Below, in pieces: positions 40,415 to 51,603 of a stretch of DNA of 64,000 nt. Source of the DNA: Pseudomonadota bacterium (lineage in GTDB: Bacteria > Bdellovibrionota_B > Oligoflexia > Silvanigrellales > Silvanigrellaceae); assembly GCA_039799905.1 (NCBI GenBank), contig JBDLRP010000030.1, positions 19,577-83,576 of the forward strand, given 5' to 3'. The notes below the pieces were generated by a model. It had not been told where the DNA came from, ran no database searches, and saw only the letters and a list, made by a program, of their open reading frames with translations. A program made the position numbers and the translations under genes. The first letter of the stretch is position 1. Each line of letters opens with the position of its first letter.

Positions 40415-40453
40415 CTGCGCAGTCGCAAGACTGCTGGTGGCCCTCCCGCGCGC

Positions 40454-40494
40454 AGAACCCCGTGCACTCAAAAGGTGACACGGGGTTCTTTGTT
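40454..40494 (+). terminator. Intrinsic terminator
   Basis: agaaccccgtg/cacggggttct stem followed by ttgtt. Confidence 0.8.
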
Positions 40495-40535
40495 GTGCGC
40501 GACGCGCGAAAAGCTGTGAATGAAACTGCTGCGAG

Positions 40536-41738
40536 CTATTGGCAGACGACGTCATCTACCGCTGGTCCGCGACCACTTGGCTGAGAGGGAACAAAATCGA
40601 TTGGAATTGTAAACGTACCCACGCGCAGGCGCAGCTGCTTGGAATCCACTTCGATGTATTCGATGTTGCCGATCGATGTGGAGACACCATAAACCTTGGT
40701 CTTTACTCCATCGGCCTTGATGCGCTGCAAATCCGACAAACCAAATCCCTTAAGGAAATTGATGTCAAAATTGATCGAACCCAAAATTGGAATGTTGCGG
40801 ACTTTTGCCGTGCACTTGAGTGGCGAACGCATCTGCATCGAGAGGAGAATATTCGAACTCACTCCGCCCACCATGAATGTGTCAGTGTTGGCAACCACCT
40901 GACGGGTTGTGTCATCCGCAGGGCCTTCGGGAATGTATCCCTCAATTCGTTTGTAGATATTGGTGATGTTTGGTCCTTTGAGCAAAATGCTCAGGTTGCG
41001 TCGCCAGTCGAAACCGGGCTCGAGAACGACGTTGGCAATCGCATTGAACGCTGCAGACGGAGTGAGTGTTGGCGGCTGTTTGAAGCCCGGAACTTGAAAG
41101 AACTGAACCGGAATATTCTCGAAACGATATTTGTCGGTGATGATCGTAATACGGCTGGGTTTTGAAAGGTCAAGAAACTTGACGGTACTGAGTTGTCCGC
41201 CTAGAGCGTCTGCTATGGACAGTCCCGAGATCGATACAAGTTGTTTGCCTGCAAACTTTGCGACAACACGCTGCGAACCAATCAAACGAAGACCATTGAA
41301 TGTTGCGACCGCATTCGCAATGCTATTACTTAGCACGAGTGAGGTGTCAGATTTTTCAATTTTCTGCCATGGAATTTTGCTGATGAATGAGAGCAGCGAG
41401 TTTGCTCCAAAGGTCGAAAAAAGATCTTGAACAGTTTTTCTGTCAAAGTCAGTTCTTGTCAATGAAATGGTCGTGATGCTGTTCATCACCTCGCTGAAAA
41501 CATCGACACCGGCCTGCCACTGATCGGCTGGAATGCGGTCGTCCGGTTGCACGTTGCAATTCTGCAGCGAGAAGTTTTTACACCAGGTCGCGAAGTCAAT
41601 CACCGATAAGTTGGAAAGGGTTTGGCTTTCAGAATCAGTTTCTTCCTGAATACCACATGAAACCAGTGTACCCGTCGCACCCAAAACGCCAAAAAGAGTC
41701 AACCCAGCAATCACAGAGCGAACTGACAATGCCTTCAT
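40536..41738 (-). CDS. Hypothetical lipoprotein
   Basis: GAGG RBS; lipobox LVSC; 400-aa ORF. Confidence 0.75.
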   Translation of the reverse strand: MKALSVRSVIAGLTLFGVLGATGTLVSCGIQEETDSESQTLSNLSVIDFATWCKNFSLQNCNVQPDDRIPADQWQAGVDVFSEVMNSITTISLTRTDFDRKTVQDLFSTFGANSLLSFISKIPWQKIEKSDTSLVLSNSIANAVATFNGLRLIGSQRVVAKFAGKQLVSISGLSIADALGGQLSTVKFLDLSKPSRITIITDKYRFENIPVQFFQVPGFKQPPTLTPSAAFNAIANVVLEPGFDWRRNLSILLKGPNITNIYKRIEGYIPEGPADDTTRQVVANTDTFMVGGVSSNILLSMQMRSPLKCTAKVRNIPILGSINFDINFLKGFGLSDLQRIKADGVKTKVYGVSTSIGNIEYIEVDSKQLRLRVGTFTIPIDFVPSQPSGRGPAVDDVVCQ

Positions 41739-41796
41739 GTAGCGACCTCACAACTATCAGAGGGTACGACGCGGATTTCTACATCCGAGTCGATGA

Positions 41797-41813
41797 AGCA
41801 AAATTCCTGCCAA
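41797..41813 (-). promoter_or_regulatory. Sigma54 (-24/-12) promoter candidate
   Basis: TTGGCAGGAATTTTGCT: GG-N10-GC, about 60 nt before 41738. Confidence 0.5.
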
Positions 41814-41966
41814 TGAATTGCGCCGGATCATCAAACCCGAACATCAGGCAGAAGCCAAAAATTACAAACATTTCAAACAAAGCAATTCTGTTGAAGAGCA
41901 AAGCACAATTTGGCGGGCATGCAAAGTCTTTTTACAGTGTCCAATTTTTAAACACATCATAAAATG

Positions 41967-41994
41967 AAAAAAAGTGGCGCTGTGCGCGCCACTT
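41967..41994 (-). terminator. Probable terminator after the collagen-like gene
   Basis: aagtggcgc/gcgccactt hairpin with adjacent A tract. Confidence 0.65.
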
Positions 41995-42023
41995 CTCCGT
42001 TTTTTTAATTCTGGAAAAAAACG

Positions 42024-43229
42024 TCAGGGAGCAATGAACCAACTGGTCTGCATCGTTCCGGGGGGATTAATGTAGTCGGCAAAAACATTTGGCTCAATCT
42101 TGATTCTGCGTGCCTGTGTTGTGAGTGTCATTGCTCGGCATGCTCCTGCCGGAGAAAGATAACTTGCAACAAGCACAGACTCCATCAAATTCGAAGTGAA
42201 CGCATAGTCAAGTCCGGTATTCTCGAACCTGTAAAAGAATTTTGAATTGAAACTGAAATGCATGAGCGTGCTGTTGATTGCGGTCGCCTGCTGCGATGTG
42301 CACGGGTTCATGTATGCCTGCCCTGAACAGTTGTTGTTGACAAACAGCGGCACCGCACAACCAATCATATTGCCCGTCACCAATCCGAGCTGTTGATTGC
42401 TCTCGCTCACGGCGTCTCCACCCGGCAATGCGAGTGAATTTGCAACCTGATAGATTGAATATTTGTCTTCGTTCATGGAACGAACATACAAGCCACTGGC
42501 AAGCGAGTTCGCTGTCTGTGATGCACCCGTGTAGGGAAAGGTAACGTAACTGATCAGCGCACCCAGCGGATTGTCAGCGCTCTTGTAGACCTTCAATCCA
42601 TTTGAAACAGCGTTGCAGGTATATGCCGTGTTGATTATCTCGCCAGTCTCAAGTTTTGCGTTGTTCGAGATGCCATCGGCGCGTCCGTCATCCACTCCGG
42701 ACTCAAACTTCTGCCCGCCTGCGGGACAGTTGGGTCCCGGTGGTTCCGTTGAAGTTTTTACGAGCGCTGCGGGCCCGGCGGGGCCTTCTTTACCGCTCGA
42801 TCCGCGCTCACCTGCGGGTCCCTGTGGACCTTGCGGGCCTATCGGACCTTCGGGTCCCTGCGGGCCTTCAGGGCCCTTGTCCGGAGTAATCTTTTTTGCG
42901 GCTAATGAAATTGCGTCGGGATCGATGCTCGTCGCAGATTCCCATCGGTCGCGCATGCAGTATTTAAACTGCGTTTCGGAAACGATGTAAACCAAACGCC
43001 GCTGCTGGCTGGCATCACATTTGGGAAGTGAGCGCTCTGTGTCAAAGACAGTTGGGGTCTGCCCTGTAGTCGCCACCTCACCATAGCGCGAAACGAATTT
43101 CTTCGAGGAAGCTCCAAATTCGCATGCGACTAAACTCAAACATCCCGTCAGGATGACCGCAATGCGAGCCTGCGTTGCAGCGTTGTGAGGGGATCTCCCA
43201 GATCCCAGCTGCCGGTCAGTGCGTTTCAC
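42024..43229 (-). CDS. Collagen-like lipoprotein
   Basis: GGAGG before GTG; lipobox LVAC; 12 Gly-X-Y triplets (about 42768-42875); [11 protein letters not shown]...YTCN module. Confidence 0.8.
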   Translation of the reverse strand: MKRTDRQLGSGRSPHNAATQARIAVILTGCLSLVACEFGASSKKFVSRYGEVATTGQTPTVFDTERSLPKCDASQQRRLVYIVSETQFKYCMRDRWESATSIDPDAISLAAKKITPDKGPEGPQGPEGPIGPQGPQGPAGERGSSGKEGPAGPAALVKTSTEPPGPNCPAGGQKFESGVDDGRADGISNNAKLETGEIINTAYTCNAVSNGLKVYKSADNPLGALISYVTFPYTGASQTANSLASGLYVRSMNEDKYSIYQVANSLALPGGDAVSESNQQLGLVTGNMIGCAVPLFVNNNCSGQAYMNPCTSQQATAINSTLMHFSFNSKFFYRFENTGLDYAFTSNLMESVLVASYLSPAGACRAMTLTTQARRIKIEPNVFADYINPPGTMQTSWFIAP

Positions 43230-43282
43230 TGCTCGTCCCTCCAAGCAAAGGTGTCCGTCCAAACTGGACACAATCTGCCGAG

Positions 43283-43310
43283 TGTTCGACGGCGGGTTGA
43301 CGGAACTTGA
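43283..43310 (-). promoter_or_regulatory. Sigma28-like promoter candidate
   Basis: TCAA-N16-GTCGAACA. Confidence 0.4.
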
Positions 43311-43429
43311 GAATTTTTTTTTAAAAAATCATGATGGCGAAAAAGTTTCAATAATTTCAGACACCTAAAAGAGTCGGGCGCTGGGTTTATCTGAGTTGCT
43401 GGATTGAAAGCTGACTTTAGGCGAGTAGA

Positions 43430-43504
<75 letters not shown>

Positions 43505-43582
43505 TTGATTCCGGAATGGCAACCCCTATCAGGGTGACACTCCGGAGTCAAGCCGCACGGGCGCACCCTGAGAGAGCCGTCT

Positions 43583-44320
43583 TCAGCGGCACAGAGAGCG
43601 CATCTGCGCGTACAGGGCATCAAGGAATTCATCATTGAAATTCTCATGCACCAAGCGAACTTCATCGTCGGTCAACGCATTTGTGTAGTCGACAAAACGG
43701 CGCAGGTTCGGATCAGACAGCATAACGCCCGAGTGCGATCGGGACTGCTGAGATGGAATAAACTGACCTTTCTTAATTTGAGCCTGTGACTGGCTCTGCG
43801 CAACCGGAATATCTTTAGCCTTCACTTGAGCCTGACCCTGTGTCTGGCTCTGCGAAGCAGGAAGGTCTTTGCCCTTCACCTGTGCCTGACCCTGTGTCTG
43901 GCTTTGCGAAGCGGGAATGTCTTTGCCCTTCACCTGCGCCTGACCTTGGGTCTGGCTCTGCGAAGCGGGAATGTCTTTGCCCTTCACCTGCGCCTGACCC
44001 TGAGTCTGTGTTTGATCCTGTTTGACAAGACCTCCCTCAGCAGGACGCAACAGTGAATCGACGTGACCGATCTGCAGCAAGTATGCGTATGCGACATCTT
44101 GAGCAATCAGCATGGTGGTGTTGACGTCCATGCAAAAGTCACCGCCCGAAGGAAGTCCCCAGTCGGCGAACAAACCCTGATAGCCCATGTAGGCGAGTTC
44201 ATCAGCACTCGGCATTGACTGCTCGAAGGCTTGGACCGAGAAGTCCGAAGATGCACTTGCCTGTGCGGCAGCCAGAACAACACAGGAAACCGAAAGTGAT
44301 GCAATAATTTTTCCAAACAT
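43583..44320 (-). CDS. Secreted protein with Gln-rich 18-aa repeats
   Basis: AGGAGG RBS; signal peptide; QTQGQAQVKGKDIPASQS x4. Confidence 0.8.
   Translation of the reverse strand: MFGKIIASLSVSCVVLAAAQASASSDFSVQAFEQSMPSADELAYMGYQGLFADWGLPSGGDFCMDVNTTMLIAQDVAYAYLLQIGHVDSLLRPAEGGLVKQDQTQTQGQAQVKGKDIPASQSQTQGQAQVKGKDIPASQSQTQGQAQVKGKDLPASQSQTQGQAQVKAKDIPVAQSQSQAQIKKGQFIPSQQSRSHSGVMLSDPNLRRFVDYTNALTDDEVRLVHENFNDEFLDALYAQMRSLCR
43793..44008 (-). repeat. 54-bp coding tandem repeat, 4 copies plus a degenerate fifth
   Basis: ccttcacctg(c/t)gcctgacc recurs at 54-bp period. Confidence 0.9.
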
Positions 44321-44415
44321 AACACCTCCTGATTTTTTTGATCGTGTCGGCCCGCGGACTCTGCAAAAAATGTTCTCAAACAGATGCACCCACAAAACAA
44401 ATATTCAACCTGAAT

Positions 44416-46773
44416 TTATGAAACGGATCTTTGCTCTAGAACCTCATAGAGCCCCCGCTCCAAAGCGGAATCGAGAACTTGCTGAACGTTTTCAACGAAC
44501 ACGAATTCCATGCTGTGCTGCACGTCATCGGGAAGTTCCGTAATGTCCTTCTGATTGCCCGTAGGCAAAATCACCCTGCGCAAACCCGACCGGTGAGCTG
44601 CCAAAACTTTTTCTTTGATTCCACCAACAGGCAGGACTAAGCCTGTCAGACTCATCTCTCCGGTCATTGCAGTATCGCTGCGTACCGGTCGACCGCTCCA
44701 CAGCGAAGCCAGTGCAACAGCAATCGTCACTCCGGCTGACGGACCGTCCTTGGGAACCGCACCTGCGGGAATATGAATATGCAAACCCGAATGTCGAAAA
44801 AATCCGGCGTCTATTTCGAGAGATTTGTGCTGCGACCAAATAAAACTTCTCGCGGCCTGAGCGCTCTCGCGCATCACATCTCCCAACTGCCCCGTCAATT
44901 GGATATCGCGCCCCCCTGGCAAAGATACGGCCTCGACGTAGAGAACATCGCCGCCCGTTTCAGTCCATGCCAAAGCTGCCGCCACACCGGCCGGAAGAGA
45001 CTGCCGGCGTGCGTCCACCGGATAAATTGGAATACCGAGAAGCTGTTCAACTCCGGCCGCATCCAGCTCACTCTTCACAGTCTGGCCCTGTTCGAGTGCA
45101 AGCGCGACACGCCGAGAGACACGGCCGATGACACGCTCCAATTGACGAACGCCCGCCTCGCGCGTGAAACGCCGGATCATGAAGTTTATTGCATCATCGG
45201 CAAAATGTAATTGCGTGTCGTCGAGCCCACTTGTCTGCAGCTGACGGGGAATGAGATACGCATGAGCGATATGCATTTTTTCATCGTCTGTATATCCGGA
45301 AAGCCGGACTATCTCCATACGATCCAACAGCGGCGGCGGAATGAGTTCTGCGGTGTTTGCTGTAACAATGAAAAATACCTTTGAAAGGTCGAAAGGGACA
45401 TCCAGGTAATTGTCATGAAAGGTGTTGTTCTGCGCGGGATCAAGAATCTCGAGCAACGCCGCGGCCGGATCGCCGCGAAAGTCACGTCCCAATTTATCCA
45501 CCTCATCGAGCATCAGCAGCGGATTCCGCGCACCGGCCCGTCGGATGGCCTGAATGATTCTTCCTGGCATCGAGCCGATATAAGTTCGCCTGTGTCCGCG
45601 CAGCTCAGCTTCATCGTGCATTCCGCCCAAACTCATCCGCTCAAAGCGTCGCCCCAAAGCTTTTGCAATCGATGACCCGAGCGAGGTTTTGCCGACTCCC
45701 GGCGGCCCGACGAAGCACAGAATGGGATCGCGCGCCGTGCGATTGCGTTTCATCACCACCAACTGCTCAAGAATTCTTCCTTTGACCTCATTGAGACCAT
45801 AATGATCCTGATCGAGGACCTTTCGGGCGCGCAGCAAATCAAGATTGTCTTCGGTGGTAAAATTCCACGGCAACTCAGCAATCAACTCCAGATGCGAACG
45901 AAGAACCTGAAAATCGGGCGCGGCCACATTGAGTTGTTCGAGACGTTCCAATTCAGAGAGTGCCTCCTTGAGAACTTCAGCAGGCGGAGAAACAGATACG
46001 ATTCGTTCCTTCAATTGCTGCAATTCCAATTGGGCTGCATCGTGCGATCCCAACTCCTGTTGGATCGCCCTCATTTGCTGCCTGAGTAAATATTCACGCT
46101 GCTCGCGTGACATCGCACTGGCCGCCTGAGTGCTGATCTTTTCACGCAAATTCAAAACCTCGACTTCGTATCCAAGAAAATCAACCATCTTTTTGCAAAG
46201 CACAAGCTGACTGTCGGACTCCAGCAGAGACTGTTCTTTGTGCACGTCAAGACTGAGCAGCGAAGCCAGCAAGTAAACCTGACCCAGAGGATCCGGAATC
46301 TGCTGAACAAGCCGAACAAGATTGCCGGTACCTTTGAGCTCGGTCAGCTCTTGAATTTGCTCTGTCAAGTCGACGATCGAACGCTGCAAGGCGTCGACCT
46401 CTGATGAATTGTCACGCGACACCGGTGCCTCAAGAGCATCTGCCTCAAGATGTCTCCCATTATTTAAAACGCTGGAAACCCGAACACGAAACATACCCTG
46501 CAGATTAATCTCCAAGGAAGAATCCAAACGGACGAAGCGGCGGACGTGCGCAAGCGTGCCAATCTCGAATAAATCCGCAGCCAGCGGATCGCTCGCTGCC
46601 GAATCACGCTGGGTCAGTGCGATAATCCATTTTTCTTCCGTGGCCAGCGCAGCCTCGACGGCAGCAATTGAACTTGGACGGCTCACAGAAGTCGGTACGA
46701 TCAGATGAGGGAACAAGACCGCGTTGCGGATCGGTATCAGGGGAAGTCGACGGGGAAATAATGGCTGAGCCAT
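44416..46773 (-). CDS. lon: ATP-dependent protease La
   Basis: [28 protein letters not shown] catalytic dyad. Confidence 0.97.
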   Translation of the reverse strand: MAQPLFPRRLPLIPIRNAVLFPHLIVPTSVSRPSSIAAVEAALATEEKWIIALTQRDSAASDPLAADLFEIGTLAHVRRFVRLDSSLEINLQGMFRVRVSSVLNNGRHLEADALEAPVSRDNSSEVDALQRSIVDLTEQIQELTELKGTGNLVRLVQQIPDPLGQVYLLASLLSLDVHKEQSLLESDSQLVLCKKMVDFLGYEVEVLNLREKISTQAASAMSREQREYLLRQQMRAIQQELGSHDAAQLELQQLKERIVSVSPPAEVLKEALSELERLEQLNVAAPDFQVLRSHLELIAELPWNFTTEDNLDLLRARKVLDQDHYGLNEVKGRILEQLVVMKRNRTARDPILCFVGPPGVGKTSLGSSIAKALGRRFERMSLGGMHDEAELRGHRRTYIGSMPGRIIQAIRRAGARNPLLMLDEVDKLGRDFRGDPAAALLEILDPAQNNTFHDNYLDVPFDLSKVFFIVTANTAELIPPPLLDRMEIVRLSGYTDDEKMHIAHAYLIPRQLQTSGLDDTQLHFADDAINFMIRRFTREAGVRQLERVIGRVSRRVALALEQGQTVKSELDAAGVEQLLGIPIYPVDARRQSLPAGVAAALAWTETGGDVLYVEAVSLPGGRDIQLTGQLGDVMRESAQAARSFIWSQHKSLEIDAGFFRHSGLHIHIPAGAVPKDGPSAGVTIAVALASLWSGRPVRSDTAMTGEMSLTGLVLPVGGIKEKVLAAHRSGLRRVILPTGNQKDITELPDDVQHSMEFVFVENVQQVLDSALERGLYEVLEQRSVS

Positions 46774-46956
46774 AGTGCACCTCGATTTAAATCGGTGACC
46801 CCGCAATCCTCAGGAATGCAATAAGCCAAACAACGACAGAGTTGAACAAAAAGGCAAGATCCTTTCATAAATGAACTGATCGCGCTCTCGCTCATGCCCA
46901 GCGGAAGAACTAGCCTGAGAGCAAGAAGTCCTTACTCGGATTCAAGGGAGGAATTC

Positions 46957-47565
46957 ATGACCATCTATACCGAGATATCATTCCGCGACATGGAACCCTC
47001 ACCGCGAATTCAGGCACAGATCGAGCGAAGGGTAAAAAAGCTCGAAAGTGTATTCAATCACGTCTCTGCATGCAGGGTGATTGTCGAGGCTCCGCACAAG
47101 CACAGAATCCGCGGTAATCTTTTTCATGTACGCATCGACCTGTCGGCACCTCAGAAGGAATTGATTGCAAGCCGTGATGTCAGCGTCAATATAGCACACG
47201 AGCAGGTTGATGTGGCTCTTCGTGACGCCTTTGCCGCCATCAGAAGACAGCTTCAAAAACACAAGGAGAAGATACGCATCGACTATCATATCCCCGACAG
47301 ACTTCCGACAGGTGTTATTCGTGAACTCTTTGCCTATGATGACTACGGAACTCTTGAAACCCGCGACGGTCGGGAGATCTACTTCCACCGCAACAGTATT
47401 GTCGACGGCGAATTCGACAGGCTGCAAGTCGGTGATGAGGTTCGCTACAACGAGGAACTCGGTGCAAAGGGACCTCAGGCCAGCACGGTTCATTTCGCAC
47501 GGCATGCAAACCACAAGCCTGCCCCGAAATTGCCGGACGCTACCGGGGATTCGATACGAGAGTGA
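46957..47565 (+). CDS. HPF/RaiA domain fused to a cold-shock domain
   Basis: ISFRDMEPS...CRVIVEAPHKH...ALRDAF..IRRQL; YGTLET.DGREIYFHRNS...GPQASTV. Confidence 0.9.
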   Translation: MTIYTEISFRDMEPSPRIQAQIERRVKKLESVFNHVSACRVIVEAPHKHRIRGNLFHVRIDLSAPQKELIASRDVSVNIAHEQVDVALRDAFAAIRRQLQKHKEKIRIDYHIPDRLPTGVIRELFAYDDYGTLETRDGREIYFHRNSIVDGEFDRLQVGDEVRYNEELGAKGPQASTVHFARHANHKPAPKLPDATGDSIRE

Positions 47566-47580
47566 ACGGGGAAGTGAAAA

Positions 47581-49437
47581 ATGGATATTGGCGGAAGGCT
47601 ATTGTCGGAGCTTGTGTTCTACAGGACGTATCCATTGCCGATCGCAGGAGGGCGAAGGGAGACCCGGCACGAGACGATTGCCCGTGTCGAACAAATGCAC
47701 CTGGACAGATTTCCAATGCTCTCACAAGAAATACACAGTGCATTTACCTGGGTCTATTCAGGACATATTCGGCCGAGCATGCGTTCTTTTCAATTTGCAG
47801 GTGAGCCAATCATCCGCGAGAACGTTCGCATGTTCAACTGTGCAGGACAGGCACTCGACAGTGTGCAGAAATTCGCAGATTTTCTTTACATTCTTATGTG
47901 CGGCACGGGCCAGGGTTTTTCAGTCGAAAAGCAATTCATTGCCAATCTTCCGCTTGTCAGCGCCGGGCATGAAGAGCAATTTATCATCGATGACAAGAAG
48001 GAATCGTGGGCAGACAGCATCCGCACTCTCATCGCTAACCCAAAGGTTGAATTCAACTACGGACAAATCCGCGCACGCGGCACACCGCTTTCGACCGGCG
48101 GAACCGCCAGTGGTCCGGAGCCGTTGCGACAGGCGCACGAAAGAATTCGTACAGTACTCAAAAACGCGCTCGGCCGTAAGCTCACAGACATAGAGTGCGC
48201 AGATATTGTTTGCATGCTTGCCGAGGTGGTTGTCGTCGGCGGTGTCCGGAGGGCTGCATTGATTTGTCTGTTCGACGCCGACAGTCAACCGATGCTCAAT
48301 TTCAAATCCGGACGGTGGTGGGAAAATCATCCTTGGCGGGCAAGAGCGAACGTCAGTGCGCGACTGTTGAGATCCGACGCGCAATTTGACGAGAAGGTTC
48401 GAAACATCCTCGGTTCTTGCTTTGCCGCACAGAGCGGAGAACCCGGAATCAGCCTGATGAACGATGCCAACTGGTTCTACAATCCATGTCATGAGGTTTC
48501 ATTAAAAGCATTCTGTAATCTGACCTCAGTCAATGCGGCGGCCTGCCGCAACAAACAAGAATTTCTTTCAAGTGTTCGGGCCGCTACGTTCATTGGAGTT
48601 TTGCAAAAGAACTACACAGACTTTCACTATATCTCACGTCAATGGCAAATCGACTGTGAACAGGAGGCGCTTTTGGGCGTTAGTTTCACAGGACTTGCGC
48701 AGGCTTGGGGGCTAGTTTCAAGTTCATCCACACTGGCATCTGCCGCCGCATTGGCACTCGAAACCGATGAAATTTTTTCGCGACGCTTGGGAATGCCAGC
48801 AGCCGCGCGCATCGGCACAATCAAACCCTCCGGCACTGAATCCGCCGAACTGGGCGTCACATCCGGCATTCACGCTGCACATGACGACTTTTATTTGCGC
48901 AGGGTCAGAATCGAACTCGATTCCGCACTGGCGGCTCACTTAATGAAAATTTCACCCCTAGGCGAGGCAGGTTCAGGCCAGTTTCTTGAAAAGGATGCAG
49001 GCCAGGACGGCACCATTGTGGTTGCCTTTCCCATTGAAAACCAAGGAGCTATCTGCCGAAAATCGGAAAGTTCAATTCAGCTCCTCGAGCGTTGCCGGTT
49101 CATTACACAAAATTGGATCCTGCCGACCCACCGCCGCGGCCCCAATCCACACAATGTGAGTGTTACAGTCAGCTACAAACCGCATGAACAAGACAGTTTA
49201 TGTGAGTGGATGATCAACAATAAAAATGCCTATAGCGGAATCAGTCTGCTCCCCGACAGCGGAGGCACTTATCTCCAGGCGCCATTTGAAAGCCTGACTC
49301 GCGAACAGTTTGTCGAAAAATTATCCGAACTGCCGAGTCAACTCGATTTCTCAGATGTCCACTCTGTTGGGGGTCATGTGCGTGACGACCGTTTCATCGA
49401 TTGGGCATGCGCAGGCGACAGTTGCGAACCGTCGTAA
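47581..49437 (+). CDS. nrdJ: Class II (B12-dependent) ribonucleoside-triphosphate reductase
   Basis: FNC, GTGQGFS, GGTASGP, GGVRRAA, GEPG, NPCHE, FCNL, KPSGT, C-terminal CAGDSC. Confidence 0.9.
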   Translation: MDIGGRLLSELVFYRTYPLPIAGGRRETRHETIARVEQMHLDRFPMLSQEIHSAFTWVYSGHIRPSMRSFQFAGEPIIRENVRMFNCAGQALDSVQKFADFLYILMCGTGQGFSVEKQFIANLPLVSAGHEEQFIIDDKKESWADSIRTLIANPKVEFNYGQIRARGTPLSTGGTASGPEPLRQAHERIRTVLKNALGRKLTDIECADIVCMLAEVVVVGGVRRAALICLFDADSQPMLNFKSGRWWENHPWRARANVSARLLRSDAQFDEKVRNILGSCFAAQSGEPGISLMNDANWFYNPCHEVSLKAFCNLTSVNAAACRNKQEFLSSVRAATFIGVLQKNYTDFHYISRQWQIDCEQEALLGVSFTGLAQAWGLVSSSSTLASAAALALETDEIFSRRLGMPAAARIGTIKPSGTESAELGVTSGIHAAHDDFYLRRVRIELDSALAAHLMKISPLGEAGSGQFLEKDAGQDGTIVVAFPIENQGAICRKSESSIQLLERCRFITQNWILPTHRRGPNPHNVSVTVSYKPHEQDSLCEWMINNKNAYSGISLLPDSGGTYLQAPFESLTREQFVEKLSELPSQLDFSDVHSVGGHVRDDRFIDWACAGDSCEPS

Positions 49438-49443
49438 CAGAAA

Positions 49444-51603
49444 TCAACCGGCTCGCCGGTTGCTCTCCTGCTTGATTGAAAGGTCGGAAACGTCCGGCTC
49501 ATGGCCATCGGATTCAACAACAAGCCGCGGACGCATCTTTTGTGCGAGCCGGTCGACAGCATCGGCACGTGCACGCTCGGTTGACACCTGTGTCCCACGC
49601 GTGGAAACCAAGCCATCCTGATTTGCACTCTTCTTCAACCTGCTGCGCGTGCGCACGCCCTTCACCACATGACCCAAATCCTGCACAAGGTCTTCTAGAC
49701 GGTAACTCTGCTCGCGCACATCTTGCACGTGCCTGTTGACCTCCGAACGAATCTGTCCCGCTTTTACAAGCGCTGCTTCAACTCGCTCAACAGTCTCGCA
49801 GATGCGTCCGACAACCTGATCCTGCCGATGCATTGAATCTGCTGTTTCCTGAACGGCTCGGGCAATTGCAGGCAGTCCATCACGAACGCTTACCAGCGAA
49901 CCGGCCCAATCAGACGCTGTACGTTCTGCTACTCCCAAACGCGTACGCAGCGAAACCGTCGTCTCGACCATTTTTTTCTGCGTTTTCAGCGAAATTTCAT
50001 TAATCTCGCGCGCAACCTGTTCAGTGGCCTCGGAAAGTAGTTGGATCTCGGCAGCAATCGAAGCAAAACCCTTGCCGAATTGACCCGCTCTGTTTGCCTC
50101 AATGGAGGCATTGAAACTGACAAGCTGTGCTTTGAAAACTATTTCATTAATGACACTAATTTTACCTTGCAATTCATCTAGTCGCGATGAGATCTCATCC
50201 ATGAGGAGAATCTCACCATTCGCCATACGTACGCTTTCGATGATCACACCACTGCGCTCGAGACTCGCACCCAGATCACCGTGCATTCCCTGCAGCAGTG
50301 TGCTGCACTCGCTCAGTGCAACGGTCCTGCCCTCTATCTCAAGAAGCATTCCCTTGCCTTGCTCCTCAGCAACTGCCACGTCAGCTGCTTCAGCAGGATC
50401 ATGGTCGGCAATTTTACGCAAAGCTTCGTTCAATTCATCGCCTGCCTCGACGAGCCGAAGCGTGTCGTCCTTCATGCGGACGGAACACTCGAGAAGTTCG
50501 CGCGAAATCGAACGGGCCGTTCCGTAGCCGAGAAGTCCGAATGCAAACAGCACAAAAGCCAGAGAAGCGTATGAAATGTTTCTTTGTAGCAGAAGGTCAC
50601 CGAGGACCTCATCGGCTGAAACCGAAACAACAACCGACCAATTGAAACCTTCGGGAAAGCGTTGTTCACGCAACGGAGCGTATCCCCAAAGACGCTCAAG
50701 CCTTCCCACTCTGTCGAATTCAACAACTGAACCGCTTCGGCCGGCAACAGCCTCCTGGGCTGCAAATTGTCCTTGCTGGGTGGCAACGTTCCATCTCAGG
50801 ATGCGGTCCTGATTTCTTTTGACTTCGCCCTTCTCACCGAGGAGCTCGGGCGTAATCTCAGCTGACAACAGACCGTCCTTGTTCATCAACAAAAATTGCG
50901 CCGTCTGCAGGCCGCTTTGCCTCAGCCGCTCAAAGGACGAGCGCAGTTCTGATTCAACAAAACGAAGGCTGGCGCGGGCAGTCAAAACTCCTGCAACACT
51001 TCCGTCGGATGCAATCACGGCCTTGCTGAAACTCACACCCTGCAATGTAGAGCCATGCAATGCGGTCGAAATGGGGTCCACTTGCAAATCCTCGACAGTC
51101 GAGCCCGAAAAGCCACGCACTTTGTCGTCGCTTGATTCACCGCGAAACGCGCGCTGAAACCAAGGCGTGTCGGCAAACGATCGACCCTCCATAACTTTGG
51201 TGTCGAGGGCACGCCCGTCGAAGCTTTTATTGTTGGATGCAACAAATGAACCAACCGCATCAACGAACATAACAGTGTCGTAGACCTGATAACCGGCAAC
51301 CAGTGAGTTGAGAACATTGGTCATCTGTTCCCTGTTTCCTGATTGAAACACAGAGTTCAATGCAAAGGCCTGAACATCGGTATAACGCTCCGAAAAATTT
51401 GCCGCGATGCCGCCGGCAGCTGAGGCTGCATGAATTCTAAAATCGGATTTGAGTGCAGACTGCCGTGCACGATAGCTTTGTCGCAGTTGCCAAAATGAAA
51501 TGAAAACAGCGGTTATAAGCCCTGCCAGCGTGAGCAGCATCAACTTGCTCCGCAGCGAAAGTGCGCGCCAGAACATGTGATTATCTCCCCTCAACATGCC
51601 CAC
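49444..51603 (-). CDS. Methyl-accepting chemotaxis-like receptor (Cache-like periplasmic domain)
   Basis: Two TMs; signalling tip FNASIEANRAGQFGKGFASIAAEI. Confidence 0.88.
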   Translation of the reverse strand: MGMLRGDNHMFWRALSLRSKLMLLTLAGLITAVFISFWQLRQSYRARQSALKSDFRIHAASAAGGIAANFSERYTDVQAFALNSVFQSGNREQMTNVLNSLVAGYQVYDTVMFVDAVGSFVASNNKSFDGRALDTKVMEGRSFADTPWFQRAFRGESSDDKVRGFSGSTVEDLQVDPISTALHGSTLQGVSFSKAVIASDGSVAGVLTARASLRFVESELRSSFERLRQSGLQTAQFLLMNKDGLLSAEITPELLGEKGEVKRNQDRILRWNVATQQGQFAAQEAVAGRSGSVVEFDRVGRLERLWGYAPLREQRFPEGFNWSVVVSVSADEVLGDLLLQRNISYASLAFVLFAFGLLGYGTARSISRELLECSVRMKDDTLRLVEAGDELNEALRKIADHDPAEAADVAVAEEQGKGMLLEIEGRTVALSECSTLLQGMHGDLGASLERSGVIIESVRMANGEILLMDEISSRLDELQGKISVINEIVFKAQLVSFNASIEANRAGQFGKGFASIAAEIQLLSEATEQVAREINEISLKTQKKMVETTVSLRTRLGVAERTASDWAGSLVSVRDGLPAIARAVQETADSMHRQDQVVGRICETVERVEAALVKAGQIRSEVNRHVQDVREQSYRLEDLVQDLGHVVKGVRTRSRLKKSANQDGLVSTRGTQVSTERARADAVDRLAQKMRPRLVVESDGHEPDVSDLSIKQESNRRAG

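Noticed and set aside
47540..47581. Cobalamin riboswitch or NrdR box before nrdJ
   Set aside because: Only 15 nt intergenic; no matching pattern seen
47207..48193. 328-aa alternative-frame ORF spanning HPF-CSD and nrdJ
   Set aside because: No recognisable motifs; both overlapped genes are complete, so no frameshift is needed
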